Positions 18,072-27,082 are shown, counted from the first letter of the stretch. The stretch: 64,000 nucleotides of DNA from an uncultured Gammaproteobacteria bacterium (GCA_964648205.1 CAZYNT010000004.1:5588-69587), one strand, 5' to 3'. The notes: generated by a model from the sequence alone, not told the origin. Numbers and translations: made by a program.

Positions 18072-18191
18072 TATACAGATTTAATTTAAGGGTGATTTTA
18101 CGTTTTGTTTCATTTTGAAGGTACTAAGGCGATAAAACTTTAGCCCCTCCATCAATCAATTAAATTAACTGACTGAGGGTGGAGCTAAAAT

Positions 18192-19301
18192 TTATTTAAC
18201 AACTGTTTTATAAACTGCCAACACTTGTTCGGAAATATCTTGCCAATTATAATTTTTCTTCACGCGCTCTAAAGCTTTCTGGCCGAAAATTTTCGCTTGT
18301 TCCGGATTGGCCAAAATAATTTCCAACTTATCTTTCAAATCAGCTACATTTTTATTTTCAAAAAAGTAACCCGTATCTTCAAGAGCTTCTTTATTAGCTT
18401 CAATATCGCTTGCTAAACAGGCGCGGCCATAGCTCATCGCTTCAAGCAAGGCGATGGACAAGCCTTCGCTTTCCGAGGGCTGCACAAAGGCATAAGCGTT
18501 GGAATATAGCTCCGAAAGGACGCGGCCGGTCTGATTGCCCGTGAAAATAATATTGGGGTTGTCAACCGCTAAATTATGGAGTTCATTGACATAGTCGTCG
18601 GTATACGATCCCTCGCCGACAATCACCAGTTTCTTATCGGTATTTAATTGTTTATACGCGGCAATTAGATGCTGGATTCCTTTATGGCGCACTAAGCGGG
18701 AAATGGAAACTAAATAACTTCCTTCTTCCAGGCCCCATTGGCGGATATCTCTAACCGGAGTTCTTTCAATGGCGGTAGCGCCGTTAGGAATATAAATCGC
18801 CTGCTTATTATATTTGTTTAAAGTATAGCGGTTAAGCTCCTTGGAAATAGTAATAATCTTATGGGCGAACAGGCAGCCGACTTTCTCGCCGAACTTTAAA
18901 TACCAGCGGGCGAACAGACCCCACTTCTGGTGGTAATAATCCTGGCAATGGAAAGTAAAAACAATCGGCGTCCGCGGCTTTAAAATTTTAACCAACCAAA
19001 TCAGAGAAGAGGGCCCGATTGATTGGAAATGGATAACGTCAACTTTCCTTATTACAAGGTCGAGACAAGCCAAAAAAGTATGAGAAATAGCTTCTAAATT
19101 TTTCCCGGGCAAATTGGGCAGAGAAATAATTTTAATGCCTTTATATTCCTTAAGGTCTTGGCTATAGCTATGGCGCGAATAAGCAAAAACTTCCTGGCCT
19201 TGGGCAGCCAAGTTCAGGGCCAGACTCTCAACGTATCTTTCAACGCCTCCAGTCTTAGCGGGGATCCCTTTTTGCCCAATAAATATAATCTTCATATTCA
19301 T
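18192..19301 (-). CDS. Glycosyltransferase family 4
   Basis: GGVERYVESLALNLAAQGQEV at the N-terminus and ESEGLSIALLEAMSYG (E-x7-E) near the C-terminus. Confidence 0.8.
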   Translation of the reverse strand: MNMKIIFIGQKGIPAKTGGVERYVESLALNLAAQGQEVFAYSRHSYSQDLKEYKGIKIISLPNLPGKNLEAISHTFLACLDLVIRKVDVIHFQSIGPSSLIWLVKILKPRTPIVFTFHCQDYYHQKWGLFARWYLKFGEKVGCLFAHKIITISKELNRYTLNKYNKQAIYIPNGATAIERTPVRDIRQWGLEEGSYLVSISRLVRHKGIQHLIAAYKQLNTDKKLVIVGEGSYTDDYVNELHNLAVDNPNIIFTGNQTGRVLSELYSNAYAFVQPSESEGLSIALLEAMSYGRACLASDIEANKEALEDTGYFFENKNVADLKDKLEIILANPEQAKIFGQKALERVKKNYNWQDISEQVLAVYKTVVK

Positions 19302-19316
19302 CCAATTTAACCCCCA

Positions 19317-19345
19317 ATATTATCATATATTAAAAACCCTGTCAA
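19317..19345 (-). promoter_or_regulatory. Consensus promoter for the GT4 gene
   Basis: Minus strand TTGACA (19345-19340), 17 nt, TAATAT (19322-19317). Only 15 nt separate the -10 from the ATG. Confidence 0.55.
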
Positions 19346-19348
19346 TAT

Positions 19349-20239
19349 TTAATGAAAAATTATCCAGGCTGATAATGGCAAGAGATCATCATCAGCTAAA
19401 TTATTGTAATATTCGCTTAAAAATCTCTTAGATTTTTTAAGTTCATCGGCTCCCATTTGCTTATCAATACGGATAGTTTCTATTTCAAAACCATTATTTT
19501 TAGCAAGGGAAATTACTTCCGGCAAGCGCAAGCGATTCGGCCCGCCTTTGAATTTAACAAAGTTATTATAAATATAATTGCTATACCGTAAAAAATTTAA
19601 ACGGTCTTTATCTTGAATAAACGAAGTATGGGTTTGAAAATCAATTTTATGAATCATACGGCCGCCCAAAGCGAGCGCGGAGCGCATGGCGCGGAAAGCG
19701 GAATTTAAATCATCTACATGCTCTAAAACATCTTTACTGAAAATCAAATCATATTTATCTTTTGTTCCTTCTAATCTTTCAATTCCTAAAATCCGATACT
19801 TTATTTCCGGAGAACCGATCGGCTTGTTTTCAGAAAGGGAAGAGCGGACATGATCAACTGCTTTCAAAGCTTGCGGCGCCTTTAAGTCTTTCTTTAAATT
19901 TTCGTAAAAGGAAAGCGGAGCGCTTAATACCGGGAAGTAATCAATCGCGCTATATGACCGCGCGCCCGACTCAAGAGCCAGCAAGCCTAAAAGCAAATCC
20001 GGGCCCGGACCGATTTCTAGTATTTTCTTGCCCGCAAAAAAATCTGCCTCTCCGCTCAATTCGCGCAGAGTATTCAAAATACCTCGATCATAATCTAAAT
20101 TTTTCCCATAATCGCTTAAGGGGATCATGCGCGGCCGAGGTGCATTCAAACGCAGGATAAATTTTTTCAAACGGCTTGATAAGCCAATAAATAAGCCGAA
20201 AAAATAATAAAAATTTTGTTTTAGATAATTGTTTAACAT
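19349..20239 (-). CDS. Class I SAM-dependent methyltransferase
   Basis: Motif I ILEIGPGPDLLLGLLALESGA, then the post-I acidic residue (AIDY). Confidence 0.75.
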   Translation of the reverse strand: MLNNYLKQNFYYFFGLFIGLSSRLKKFILRLNAPRPRMIPLSDYGKNLDYDRGILNTLRELSGEADFFAGKKILEIGPGPDLLLGLLALESGARSYSAIDYFPVLSAPLSFYENLKKDLKAPQALKAVDHVRSSLSENKPIGSPEIKYRILGIERLEGTKDKYDLIFSKDVLEHVDDLNSAFRAMRSALALGGRMIHKIDFQTHTSFIQDKDRLNFLRYSNYIYNNFVKFKGGPNRLRLPEVISLAKNNGFEIETIRIDKQMGADELKKSKRFLSEYYNNLADDDLLPLSAWIIFH

Positions 20240-20245
20240 AATATT

Positions 20246-20274
20246 ACAATACTATATTTTATAATATTTGTCAA
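20246..20274 (-). promoter_or_regulatory. Promoter predicting a leaderless methyltransferase mRNA
   Basis: Minus strand TTGACA (20274-20269), 17 nt, TATTGT (20251-20246), then 6 nt to the ATG at 20239. Confidence 0.45.
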
Positions 20275-20361
20275 CATAAAAAAATTGACAAGGTGTAATT
20301 TTGATACTAGGGTAAAAATAGATAAACACAGTATAAACAATATAAATTTAAAAAACAGATT

Positions 20362-20892
20362 ATGAAAGTTCTTTTAAAAATCGCAGGGTATGCGCTGGTA
20401 ATAGCTATGCTCTTCGCTAATCCTGTTCCTCTCCAAGCACAGGATAAGACAGATTGCAACTCAAAAACTATCCGTGAACGGATGGTTCGCCTCAAATCAA
20501 TGGATTGGGTGAAGACAAACGACACGACTCTTGGCTACAGTTTAAACATCGGCAGTAAAGTCAAGGTTCTGTATCAAAGACAGATAATCGCCGAGCTTGA
20601 TGCCGCTACTGCTTATATAGCCTACAAGCAAAGCGCGGAGAGAGGGGGCCAAAAAGTTAATTATCTGCTTCTTATCACCGTCGGAGCCAAGAACCATTCC
20701 TATCTCTTTGTTGATTCTCAAGAAATCAGACAGCTAGAGCCAGGTTTACAAAAACCCGAATATGATTATTTTCAGGCCGCTATCGACGGCGATGACCTCA
20801 TTTTTGATTTCTCGCAAAGCGGAGAAAAAACATTCCATCTCGGAATAATAAAAAATAATAAATTCTGCGATGGCGGGGAAATACCGCAATAA
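20362..20892 (+). CDS. Secreted protein of unknown function
   Basis: 176-aa ORF with signal peptide (AGYALVIAMLFANPVPLQAQD) and its own terminator. Confidence 0.5.
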   Translation: MKVLLKIAGYALVIAMLFANPVPLQAQDKTDCNSKTIRERMVRLKSMDWVKTNDTTLGYSLNIGSKVKVLYQRQIIAELDAATAYIAYKQSAERGGQKVNYLLLITVGAKNHSYLFVDSQEIRQLEPGLQKPEYDYFQAAIDGDDLIFDFSQSGEKTFHLGIIKNNKFCDGGEIPQ

Positions 20893-20906
20893 ACCCCGTG
20901 ACTTTC

Positions 20907-20938
20907 TAAAAAACGCCCGTATTCCGCGGGCGTCTTTT
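20907..20938. terminator. Bidirectional intrinsic terminator (20362 gene and corA)
   Basis: A-run, ACGCCCG-N7-CGGGCGT stem, T-run. Confidence 0.65.
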
Positions 20939-20982
20939 ATTAGAGAAATTTACTTATCAATCTTTTTAGAACCGCTGTTTCC

Positions 20983-21948
20983 TTAACGCAGCCAGCGCTT
21001 AGTCTCAAAAAATATCAACATTCCCAGGGAACAAGCCAACATAATGATAACAATAATCCAAAAGCCATAAGGATGATCAACGATAGGCATGTATTTAGCA
21101 TTCATGCCGAAAGTTCCCGCTAAAAGATTAAGGGGCAGAACGATTACTGAAAAAATGGTCAGCGTCTTCATAATACTGGTCATGCGGTCATTTAGCAGAG
21201 ATTCGTTGGTATTATTGAGGACCTCTATCATTTCTTTCTGATTCTCAAGCACTTCCCAGATACGCTTTGAATGCTCGACGAGGCCGATATAATATTTTTT
21301 TATAGCCAGCTTCTCAACCAGGCTGCTTTCCATCTCCATCAACTTGCGCAAAATATTCTTATGATTCTGGATAATCTTGCGGACATTAATAATATTGCGG
21401 CGAATAGTTAAAATTTGCTTAACCGCTTCTTTTTGCCGATCGGAAAAAATCAACTCTTCGACTTCATTGATATTAATGCTGTTTTCGTCTAAAAATTTAT
21501 AACAGCTATCAAACAAATGACCCAAAATTTCATAAAGCAAAATAGCGGACGATTCCAGGGAATAGGCTAAAAGGGAATCAGGACTCTTCTTGCCTAAATT
21601 AAAAAAATCCAATAAAGCTTTGAGGCTATTATTATTAACCGTTATCAAAAAGCCATGGCCGATAAAAAAATCAACTTCAGCGGCAATAATTTTTTCTCCT
21701 TTCAAAACGGGAAAGTGCAGGACCAAAAATAAATAATCAGGACCTTTAAAAATTTGAGGACGCTGAAAAGAAACTGAAGCGGCCGAAGCTTTAAGATGGA
21801 CCAAATCGAATTGATAATTTTTCCTCAGATAATCAATTTCATTTTTCCCGGCATTTATAATATTAATCCATTTTAAGAACGGGGCCGTCCGCGGATTATC
21901 AATAATCAATTCCTCGATGCGATCAGAAATTTTTTTATAATTAGCCAT
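20983..21948 (-). CDS. corA: Magnesium/cobalt transporter CorA
   Basis: 321 aa with two C-terminal TM helices and the GMN motif (GTFGMNAKYMP). Confidence 0.85.
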   Translation of the reverse strand: MANYKKISDRIEELIIDNPRTAPFLKWINIINAGKNEIDYLRKNYQFDLVHLKASAASVSFQRPQIFKGPDYLFLVLHFPVLKGEKIIAAEVDFFIGHGFLITVNNNSLKALLDFFNLGKKSPDSLLAYSLESSAILLYEILGHLFDSCYKFLDENSININEVEELIFSDRQKEAVKQILTIRRNIINVRKIIQNHKNILRKLMEMESSLVEKLAIKKYYIGLVEHSKRIWEVLENQKEMIEVLNNTNESLLNDRMTSIMKTLTIFSVIVLPLNLLAGTFGMNAKYMPIVDHPYGFWIIVIIMLACSLGMLIFFETKRWLR

Positions 21949-22017
21949 AGAAAATTAAAATTTACTTTGACGAAAGCTTAAATTTATAATAAAATTGAAA
22001 CATCACCATTATAACAT

Positions 22018-23238
22018 ATGGTCAATATTTTGGGAATAAATTTAAGCGAATTCCGCCAAAAAGAGGTCTTGAAGAAAGCCGCCGATTTTTTGTCTGACGG
22101 ACGCCAGCACTATATTGTTACTCCGAATCCGGAAATAATCCTCGCCGCCGGCCACGATGAGGAATTTTTCTATATTTTAAATAAGGCTGATTTATCTTTA
22201 GCCGACGGCTTTGGCCTGAAAATAGCCAGTTGGTTTTTCGGCCATAATCTGCCGCGCGTGACCGGCGCCGATATAACGGTCGAACTTCTAAAACTGGCGG
22301 CTGAGAAAAAAATAAAAGTCATGATTTTAAATTGGGAAAACGGCTTGTCAAAAGCGGAAGATATTGAAACCGCTTTAAAGCAAAAATTTCCCGAATTAAT
22401 TTTTTCCGTTTTAAACATCAGCCGCGATAGATTTTTAGATCCGGGAAAAATTACAGCGATAAATAGTTTCGCCCCGGTTATTTTATTCAACACACTTGGC
22501 TTCCCCTACCAGGAAAAACTCATATACCATAATTTAAACAAATTGGCGTCGGTTAAAGTCGCCCTGGGTATCGGCGGTTCTTTCGATTATATAACAGGAA
22601 AAATAAACCGCGGACCGAAAATATTGCGCTCTCTAGGTCTGGAGTGGTTCTGGCGTCTCCTTAATGCTTTTGCTTATAAAGACACTAAACGGCGCCTCAG
22701 AAGAATATACCAGGCGACTTTTATTTTTATAAAAAAGGTGATAATCGTCCGTTTTATTAATCCCTTACGCTATCGAAAAAATGTTGCCTGCTTCCTTTTT
22801 AAAAGAGAAGAAGGAAAAATAAAAGTTTTAATTTTAGAAAGGCGCGATGAAAAAAACCATTGGCAATTGCCTCAAGGCGGCACCGACGGAGAGGATTTGG
22901 AAAAAGCGGGCCGGCGGGAAATTGAAGAAGAAACCGGCCTATCGGATATTAAAACTAGCGCGATATTTAAAAATGTTCACCGTTATTCTTTCCCTAAATT
23001 GAAGGCGGGGGAAAATTTTCACGGCTCAAAAAGATATATCAACGACTACAAAGGACAAAAACAAGGCCTCTACATAGCAGAATTAGCCGAATGCGGTCAA
23101 GAAGTAAAAATCTGTTTTTGGGACCACGTCGCCTATAAATGGGTAGAGCTCGATCATCTAATCGAAAGTCTTCATCCTTTACGCCAGCCGGGTGCAAAAA
23201 TATTCCTTGAAAAATTCAAATCATTAAATATAAATTAA
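22018..23238 (+). CDS. Fusion protein: WecB/TagA/CpsF-family glycosyltransferase (N) plus Nudix hydrolase (C)
   Basis: N-terminal TagA-like segments (HYIVTPNPEIILAA, SLADGFGL, LGIGGSFDYITGKINRGP, LGLEWFWRL). C-terminal Nudix box GGTDGEDLEKAGRREIEEETGL. Confidence 0.7.
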   Translation: MVNILGINLSEFRQKEVLKKAADFLSDGRQHYIVTPNPEIILAAGHDEEFFYILNKADLSLADGFGLKIASWFFGHNLPRVTGADITVELLKLAAEKKIKVMILNWENGLSKAEDIETALKQKFPELIFSVLNISRDRFLDPGKITAINSFAPVILFNTLGFPYQEKLIYHNLNKLASVKVALGIGGSFDYITGKINRGPKILRSLGLEWFWRLLNAFAYKDTKRRLRRIYQATFIFIKKVIIVRFINPLRYRKNVACFLFKREEGKIKVLILERRDEKNHWQLPQGGTDGEDLEKAGRREIEEETGLSDIKTSAIFKNVHRYSFPKLKAGENFHGSKRYINDYKGQKQGLYIAELAECGQEVKICFWDHVAYKWVELDHLIESLHPLRQPGAKIFLEKFKSLNIN

Positions 23239-23242
23239 TTAT

Positions 23243-24697
23243 ATGTCATTATTCGGCAATAAAATCCGCTTGCGTTTCGCTCCTTCGCCGACCGGTTTTT
23301 TACATCTCGGAAATTTGCGCTCCGCTCTCTTCGGCTATCTCTTAGCTAAAAATTGGAAAGGTAAATTTATCCTTCGCCTTGAAGACACTGATCAAAAGAG
23401 GGAAATTGAAGGAGCGCTGGACAAGCTCCTTGATGTCTTGGGTTGGGTCGGCATTGAATTCGACGAAGGGCCGCACACTACCGGCAATTACGGCCCTTAT
23501 ATTCAATCCGAGCGCTTGGCAATCTATCAGAAATTAATCAAAGAACTGTTAGATAAGAAAAAAATTTACCACTGCTTCTGCAGCGAAGAACGCTTGACCG
23601 ATATGCGCCTCGCGCAAGAAGCGCGCAAAGAAGCGCCGCGCTATGACCGCTTGTGCCGCCATTTAAATAAAGAGGAAGTAGAAAAAAGGCTGGCGGCCGG
23701 AGAAAAATTCGTCCTGCGCCAAAAAATGCCTTTAGACGGCGAGGTCACTGTACATGACGAATTGCGCGGCGATATAAAATTTAAGGCCGCCGACTTAGAT
23801 GATCAGGTTTTAATAAAATCGGATGGCGTCCCGACCTATCATTTCGCTAATATCGTGGACGATCATTTGATGAAAATTACCCATGTAACCAGAGGCGACG
23901 AATGGTTGCCGTCTTTTCCTAAAAACATTTTATTATATGAGGCATTCGGCTGGACGCCTCCCAAATATATTCATCTCCCCTTAATTCTCAATAAAACCGG
24001 CGGCAAGCTTAGCAAGCGCCAAGGAGACGTTTTTGCTGAACAATATCGAGATAAAGGCTATCTCCCGGAAGCGATTGTTAATTTCTGCGCTCTTTTGGGC
24101 TGGCACGGAAAAAATGACAAGGAAATCTACTCGCTCAAAGAGCTAGAAAAAGAATTTTCTTTGGCGGGCATGGGGGCCAGTCCGGCTATCTTCGATATTG
24201 AAAAATTAGATTATTATAACGGCTATTATATCCGCCAAAAACCGCTCAAAGAATTGACCGAGTTATGCCGGCCATATCTGGAAAAAGCCGGACATAAAAT
24301 TAAGGACGCCAAACGCCTGGAAAATTTCGTCGGTCTCGCGCAAGAAAGAATGAAAAAACTGGAAGATGTGATTGAAATGACGTCTTTCTTATTCGAGCTC
24401 CCGCACCATGAGAAAAGTCTTCTTATTTGGAAAAACTTAAGCGGGGAAGAGACGAAAAACAATCTTCAAGCCATCGCGCTTGAATTGGAAAAAATTAAAG
24501 AGAGCGATTGGAATAAGGAATATTTGGAAAAAAATATTATCGATTGGCTGAAGAGCGGCGGCAAAAAAAATGGCGATTATTTATGGCCGCTACGCGTCGC
24601 TTTGACCGGATTGAAGAATAGCCCCAGCCCGTTTGAAGTGGCAGCCGCCCTCGGCAAAGAAGAAAGTATCCGCCGTTTAGAAAAATCTCTAAAATAG
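23243..24697 (+). CDS. gltX: Glutamyl-tRNA synthetase
   Basis: RFAPSPTGFLHLGNLRSALF (HIGH region) and KLSKR (KMSKS). Confidence 0.9.
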   Translation: MSLFGNKIRLRFAPSPTGFLHLGNLRSALFGYLLAKNWKGKFILRLEDTDQKREIEGALDKLLDVLGWVGIEFDEGPHTTGNYGPYIQSERLAIYQKLIKELLDKKKIYHCFCSEERLTDMRLAQEARKEAPRYDRLCRHLNKEEVEKRLAAGEKFVLRQKMPLDGEVTVHDELRGDIKFKAADLDDQVLIKSDGVPTYHFANIVDDHLMKITHVTRGDEWLPSFPKNILLYEAFGWTPPKYIHLPLILNKTGGKLSKRQGDVFAEQYRDKGYLPEAIVNFCALLGWHGKNDKEIYSLKELEKEFSLAGMGASPAIFDIEKLDYYNGYYIRQKPLKELTELCRPYLEKAGHKIKDAKRLENFVGLAQERMKKLEDVIEMTSFLFELPHHEKSLLIWKNLSGEETKNNLQAIALELEKIKESDWNKEYLEKNIIDWLKSGGKKNGDYLWPLRVALTGLKNSPSPFEVAAALGKEESIRRLEKSLK

Positions 24698-24711
24698 TGG
24701 TAGATATGTCA

Positions 24712-24740
24712 TTTACAGAACATCTAAAAAATGTTATAAT
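24712..24740 (+). promoter_or_regulatory. Extended -10 promoter predicting a leaderless M23-peptidase mRNA
   Basis: TTTACA (24712-24717), 17 nt, TGtTATAAT (24732-24740). Only 8 nt separate the -10 from the ATG at 24749. Confidence 0.55.
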
Positions 24741-24748
24741 TATAGAAC

Positions 24749-25978
24749 ATGAAGAATAAAACTCTTAAAATAACAATAATTTTGTTAATTTTCGCCGGCT
24801 TTCTCGGCCTAACTCCTTTGGTTTTTAGTAAATCAGGAGATTTCGACGCGGAAATTGAGGCGTTGAATCTAAAAATCCAGAACCAGAAAAAACAGATAGA
24901 TAATCTGAAAGCGAAACAGCAGGAATACCAAACGCAAATCGAAGCCAAGCAAAGAGACCGGATAAATTTAAGCAACCAATTATCGCTTTTGGGAAATCGC
25001 CTGGCTAAAGCGCAGCTTGATATTGAAGAAACTAATTTAGAAATTGACAAGACTAATCTGGAAATACAAAAGATAGAAGTCGACGGCGCCAATCTCGACG
25101 AGCAAATAGAAACGCAGAAGCAACATATTGGGAATCTTCTGCGCCTCGTCTATAAACAAGACCAAATTTCGACTCTGGAAATGATCTTACTCAATGGGTC
25201 TTTATCGGATTTTTTAAACCAAGCTAAATACCTGGAGAATACTAATGAAGAAATCGGGCAAAGCGTTACTGACTTAAAGCGCGATAAGGAGCGCTTAGAT
25301 AACAATAAACTCAGCCTGACAGAAAAGAATACGGAACTGACAGCTCTAAAAAATAAATTGGAAGAAAAGAAAAGCGACCTGACTTACGAGCAAGAAAACA
25401 AAACATACATTTTAGAAGAAACGCGATCCTCGGAAAGAGAATATCAAAATTTATTGCTTCAAGCCAAAAGAGAGCAGGATCAAGCTGCGGCGGAAATTGC
25501 GAGCGCCGAAAGACTTATCCGCCAAAAGATGTCCCAAAAAGAACAACAAAAGTTAAACAGCGGCAATAACACGATTGCTTGGCCCGTACCAAAAAACTAT
25601 ATCGTCTCCTCCTTCCATGATTCTGATTATCCTTACCGCAATATTATCGGCGAACATCCGGCCGTTGATATTCGCGCCAAACAAGGCACGACTATCGCCG
25701 CCGCGGCCGATGGCTATGTCGCTAAAGTTAAATTTGACGGTACGAAAAGCTATGCTTATATAATGCTTATCCATGGCGACGGCTTAGCCACGGTTTACGG
25801 CCATGTTTCCGCTGTTTACGTAGCGACCGACCAATATGTCACACAAGGACAGGCTATCGGGCGCTCGGGCGGAACCCCGGGCGGGGTCGGCTCCGGCGGA
25901 TTCTCGACTGGGCCGCATTTACATTTTGAAGTCAGAAAAGACGGCTTGCCGGTTAACCCGGAAAATTATCTGCCTTAA
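24749..25978 (+). CDS. Coiled-coil M23/LytM-family peptidase (EnvC-like)
   Basis: Signal/anchor, long Gln/Glu/Lys coiled coil, C-terminal LytM motifs (HPAVDI, GPHLHFEV). Confidence 0.8.
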   Translation: MKNKTLKITIILLIFAGFLGLTPLVFSKSGDFDAEIEALNLKIQNQKKQIDNLKAKQQEYQTQIEAKQRDRINLSNQLSLLGNRLAKAQLDIEETNLEIDKTNLEIQKIEVDGANLDEQIETQKQHIGNLLRLVYKQDQISTLEMILLNGSLSDFLNQAKYLENTNEEIGQSVTDLKRDKERLDNNKLSLTEKNTELTALKNKLEEKKSDLTYEQENKTYILEETRSSEREYQNLLLQAKREQDQAAAEIASAERLIRQKMSQKEQQKLNSGNNTIAWPVPKNYIVSSFHDSDYPYRNIIGEHPAVDIRAKQGTTIAAAADGYVAKVKFDGTKSYAYIMLIHGDGLATVYGHVSAVYVATDQYVTQGQAIGRSGGTPGGVGSGGFSTGPHLHFEVRKDGLPVNPENYLP

Positions 25979-26003
25979 AAAATTATCTACCGTATATTTG
26001 TCT

Positions 26004-26960
26004 TTAAAGCTTCCGGCCGTCGTGAACTCTGCGGTGGATATCCCGGAGCTGCTTATTGGTCACATGGGTATATATCTGCGTCGTCGCAATATTACTATGT
26101 CCCAAAAATTCTTGGACCGTTCTTAAATCAACTCCTTGGTTAAGCAGGTCAGTCGCAAAAGAATGGCGCAGAGTATGAGGCGTGGCCATCACCGGCAGAC
26201 CGGCAATCAGCACATATTTTTTTACAATATCTTCCACGCTTTTGACGGTCAGTCTTCTTGAAGCATTGCTCCTAGCGCCGCCGCGCTTATAATTAATGAA
26301 CAGGGCATCGTCCATGTCTTTGCGTTCTTGGAGATAAAAACGCAAAGCTTTAATCGCCCGCTCGGAGAAATAGACCGTTCTAATTTTACTGCCCTTGCCG
26401 ACAACCGTGATTTCCAAATCACGGGTTTCGTCCTTGATTCTTAATTGATCGCGATTTAAAGAGGCTAACTCGGCGACGCGCAAACCGGTCGAAAAAAGAG
26501 TTTCTAAAAGCGCTCGGTCTCTCAAGCCGATGATAGTGCTGCTATCGGGCGCTGAGAGGAGCTGGGAAAGCTGCTCTAATTTTAAAAATTTAATTTCTTT
26601 GTCGGCTTTATCTTTAGAGAGCTTAACTTTTGAGGGCGGCAGGGAAGTAATATCCTTTTCTACAAAAAATTCCAAAAGGGAGCGGAGGGCAATCAGATAA
26701 TAGTTCTGGGTGGTCTTTTTAAGGGTTTTACGCGTTTTAGGGTCGATATGGCGCGATAAATAGACTTTATACCGCCAAATATGATCCGGAGTTAACTGGG
26801 TCGGTTTTAGGGCCTCTAGCTTAGCTTCTTCAAGCCAGACAAAAAATTTACGCAAGAAACGAGTATAATTTTCCTGAGTCTTAGAAGACAGACCCTTTTC
26901 AATTTCCGAGTAATCCAAGAAATCGACTAAATATTTAATTATCGGTTTGTTTTTTTCCAT
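26004..26960 (-). CDS. Tyrosine recombinase, XerC/XerD family
   Basis: Catalytic motifs RVAELASL, HTLRHSFAT, LGHSNIATTQIYTHV. Confidence 0.8.
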   Translation of the reverse strand: MEKNKPIIKYLVDFLDYSEIEKGLSSKTQENYTRFLRKFFVWLEEAKLEALKPTQLTPDHIWRYKVYLSRHIDPKTRKTLKKTTQNYYLIALRSLLEFFVEKDITSLPPSKVKLSKDKADKEIKFLKLEQLSQLLSAPDSSTIIGLRDRALLETLFSTGLRVAELASLNRDQLRIKDETRDLEITVVGKGSKIRTVYFSERAIKALRFYLQERKDMDDALFINYKRGGARSNASRRLTVKSVEDIVKKYVLIAGLPVMATPHTLRHSFATDLLNQGVDLRTVQEFLGHSNIATTQIYTHVTNKQLRDIHRRVHDGRKL

Positions 26961-26970
26961 AACTAACTAG

Positions 26971-26979
26971 ATTATAGCA
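26971..26979 (-). promoter_or_regulatory. Extended -10 element upstream of the Xer gene (very short or absent leader)
   Basis: Minus strand TGcTATAAT, then 10 nt to the ATG. No good -35. Confidence 0.4.
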
Positions 26980-27023
26980 TACTTTAGCAGTTATTATTAT
27001 CTTGCCACTCTCGCTTCCGCGCG

Positions 27024-27052
27024 TTGACAAAAAGCCTATTTAATTATAAATT
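27024..27052 (+). promoter_or_regulatory. Promoter of the acyltransferase gene
   Basis: TTGACA (27024-27029), 17 nt, TAAATT (27047-27052). Confidence 0.5.
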
Positions 27053-27082
27053 AAATAATAGAACTTTAATAAAACAACCATC

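Noticed and set aside
14887-18191. Claiming horizontal transfer of the orphan genes (8758, 15018-18071, 20362, 41902, 53098) from GC content alone.
   Set aside because: - My hand counts on single 60-nt lines gave about 52-60 percent GC inside 15018-18071 and 53098-54582, against about 32-40 percent in some flanking lines.
- Core genes such as rplL and gltX also reach about 60 percent locally.
- The signal is not reliable without a proper windowed calculation, so it is used only as weak supporting context.
20285-20313. A plus-strand promoter for gene 20362 based on TTGACA at 20285-20290.
   Set aside because: No acceptable -10 hexamer lies at 16-18 nt spacing (TAGGGT/CTAGGG). GATACT/TACTAG sit too close (12-14 nt). 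It is left unannotated.
26004-26960. The tyrosine recombinase as a marker of an integrated mobile element.
   Set aside because: Its motifs and length fit chromosomal XerC/D. Its neighbours are housekeeping genes. No flanking att-like repeats were found. The nearby dif-like site explains its presence.
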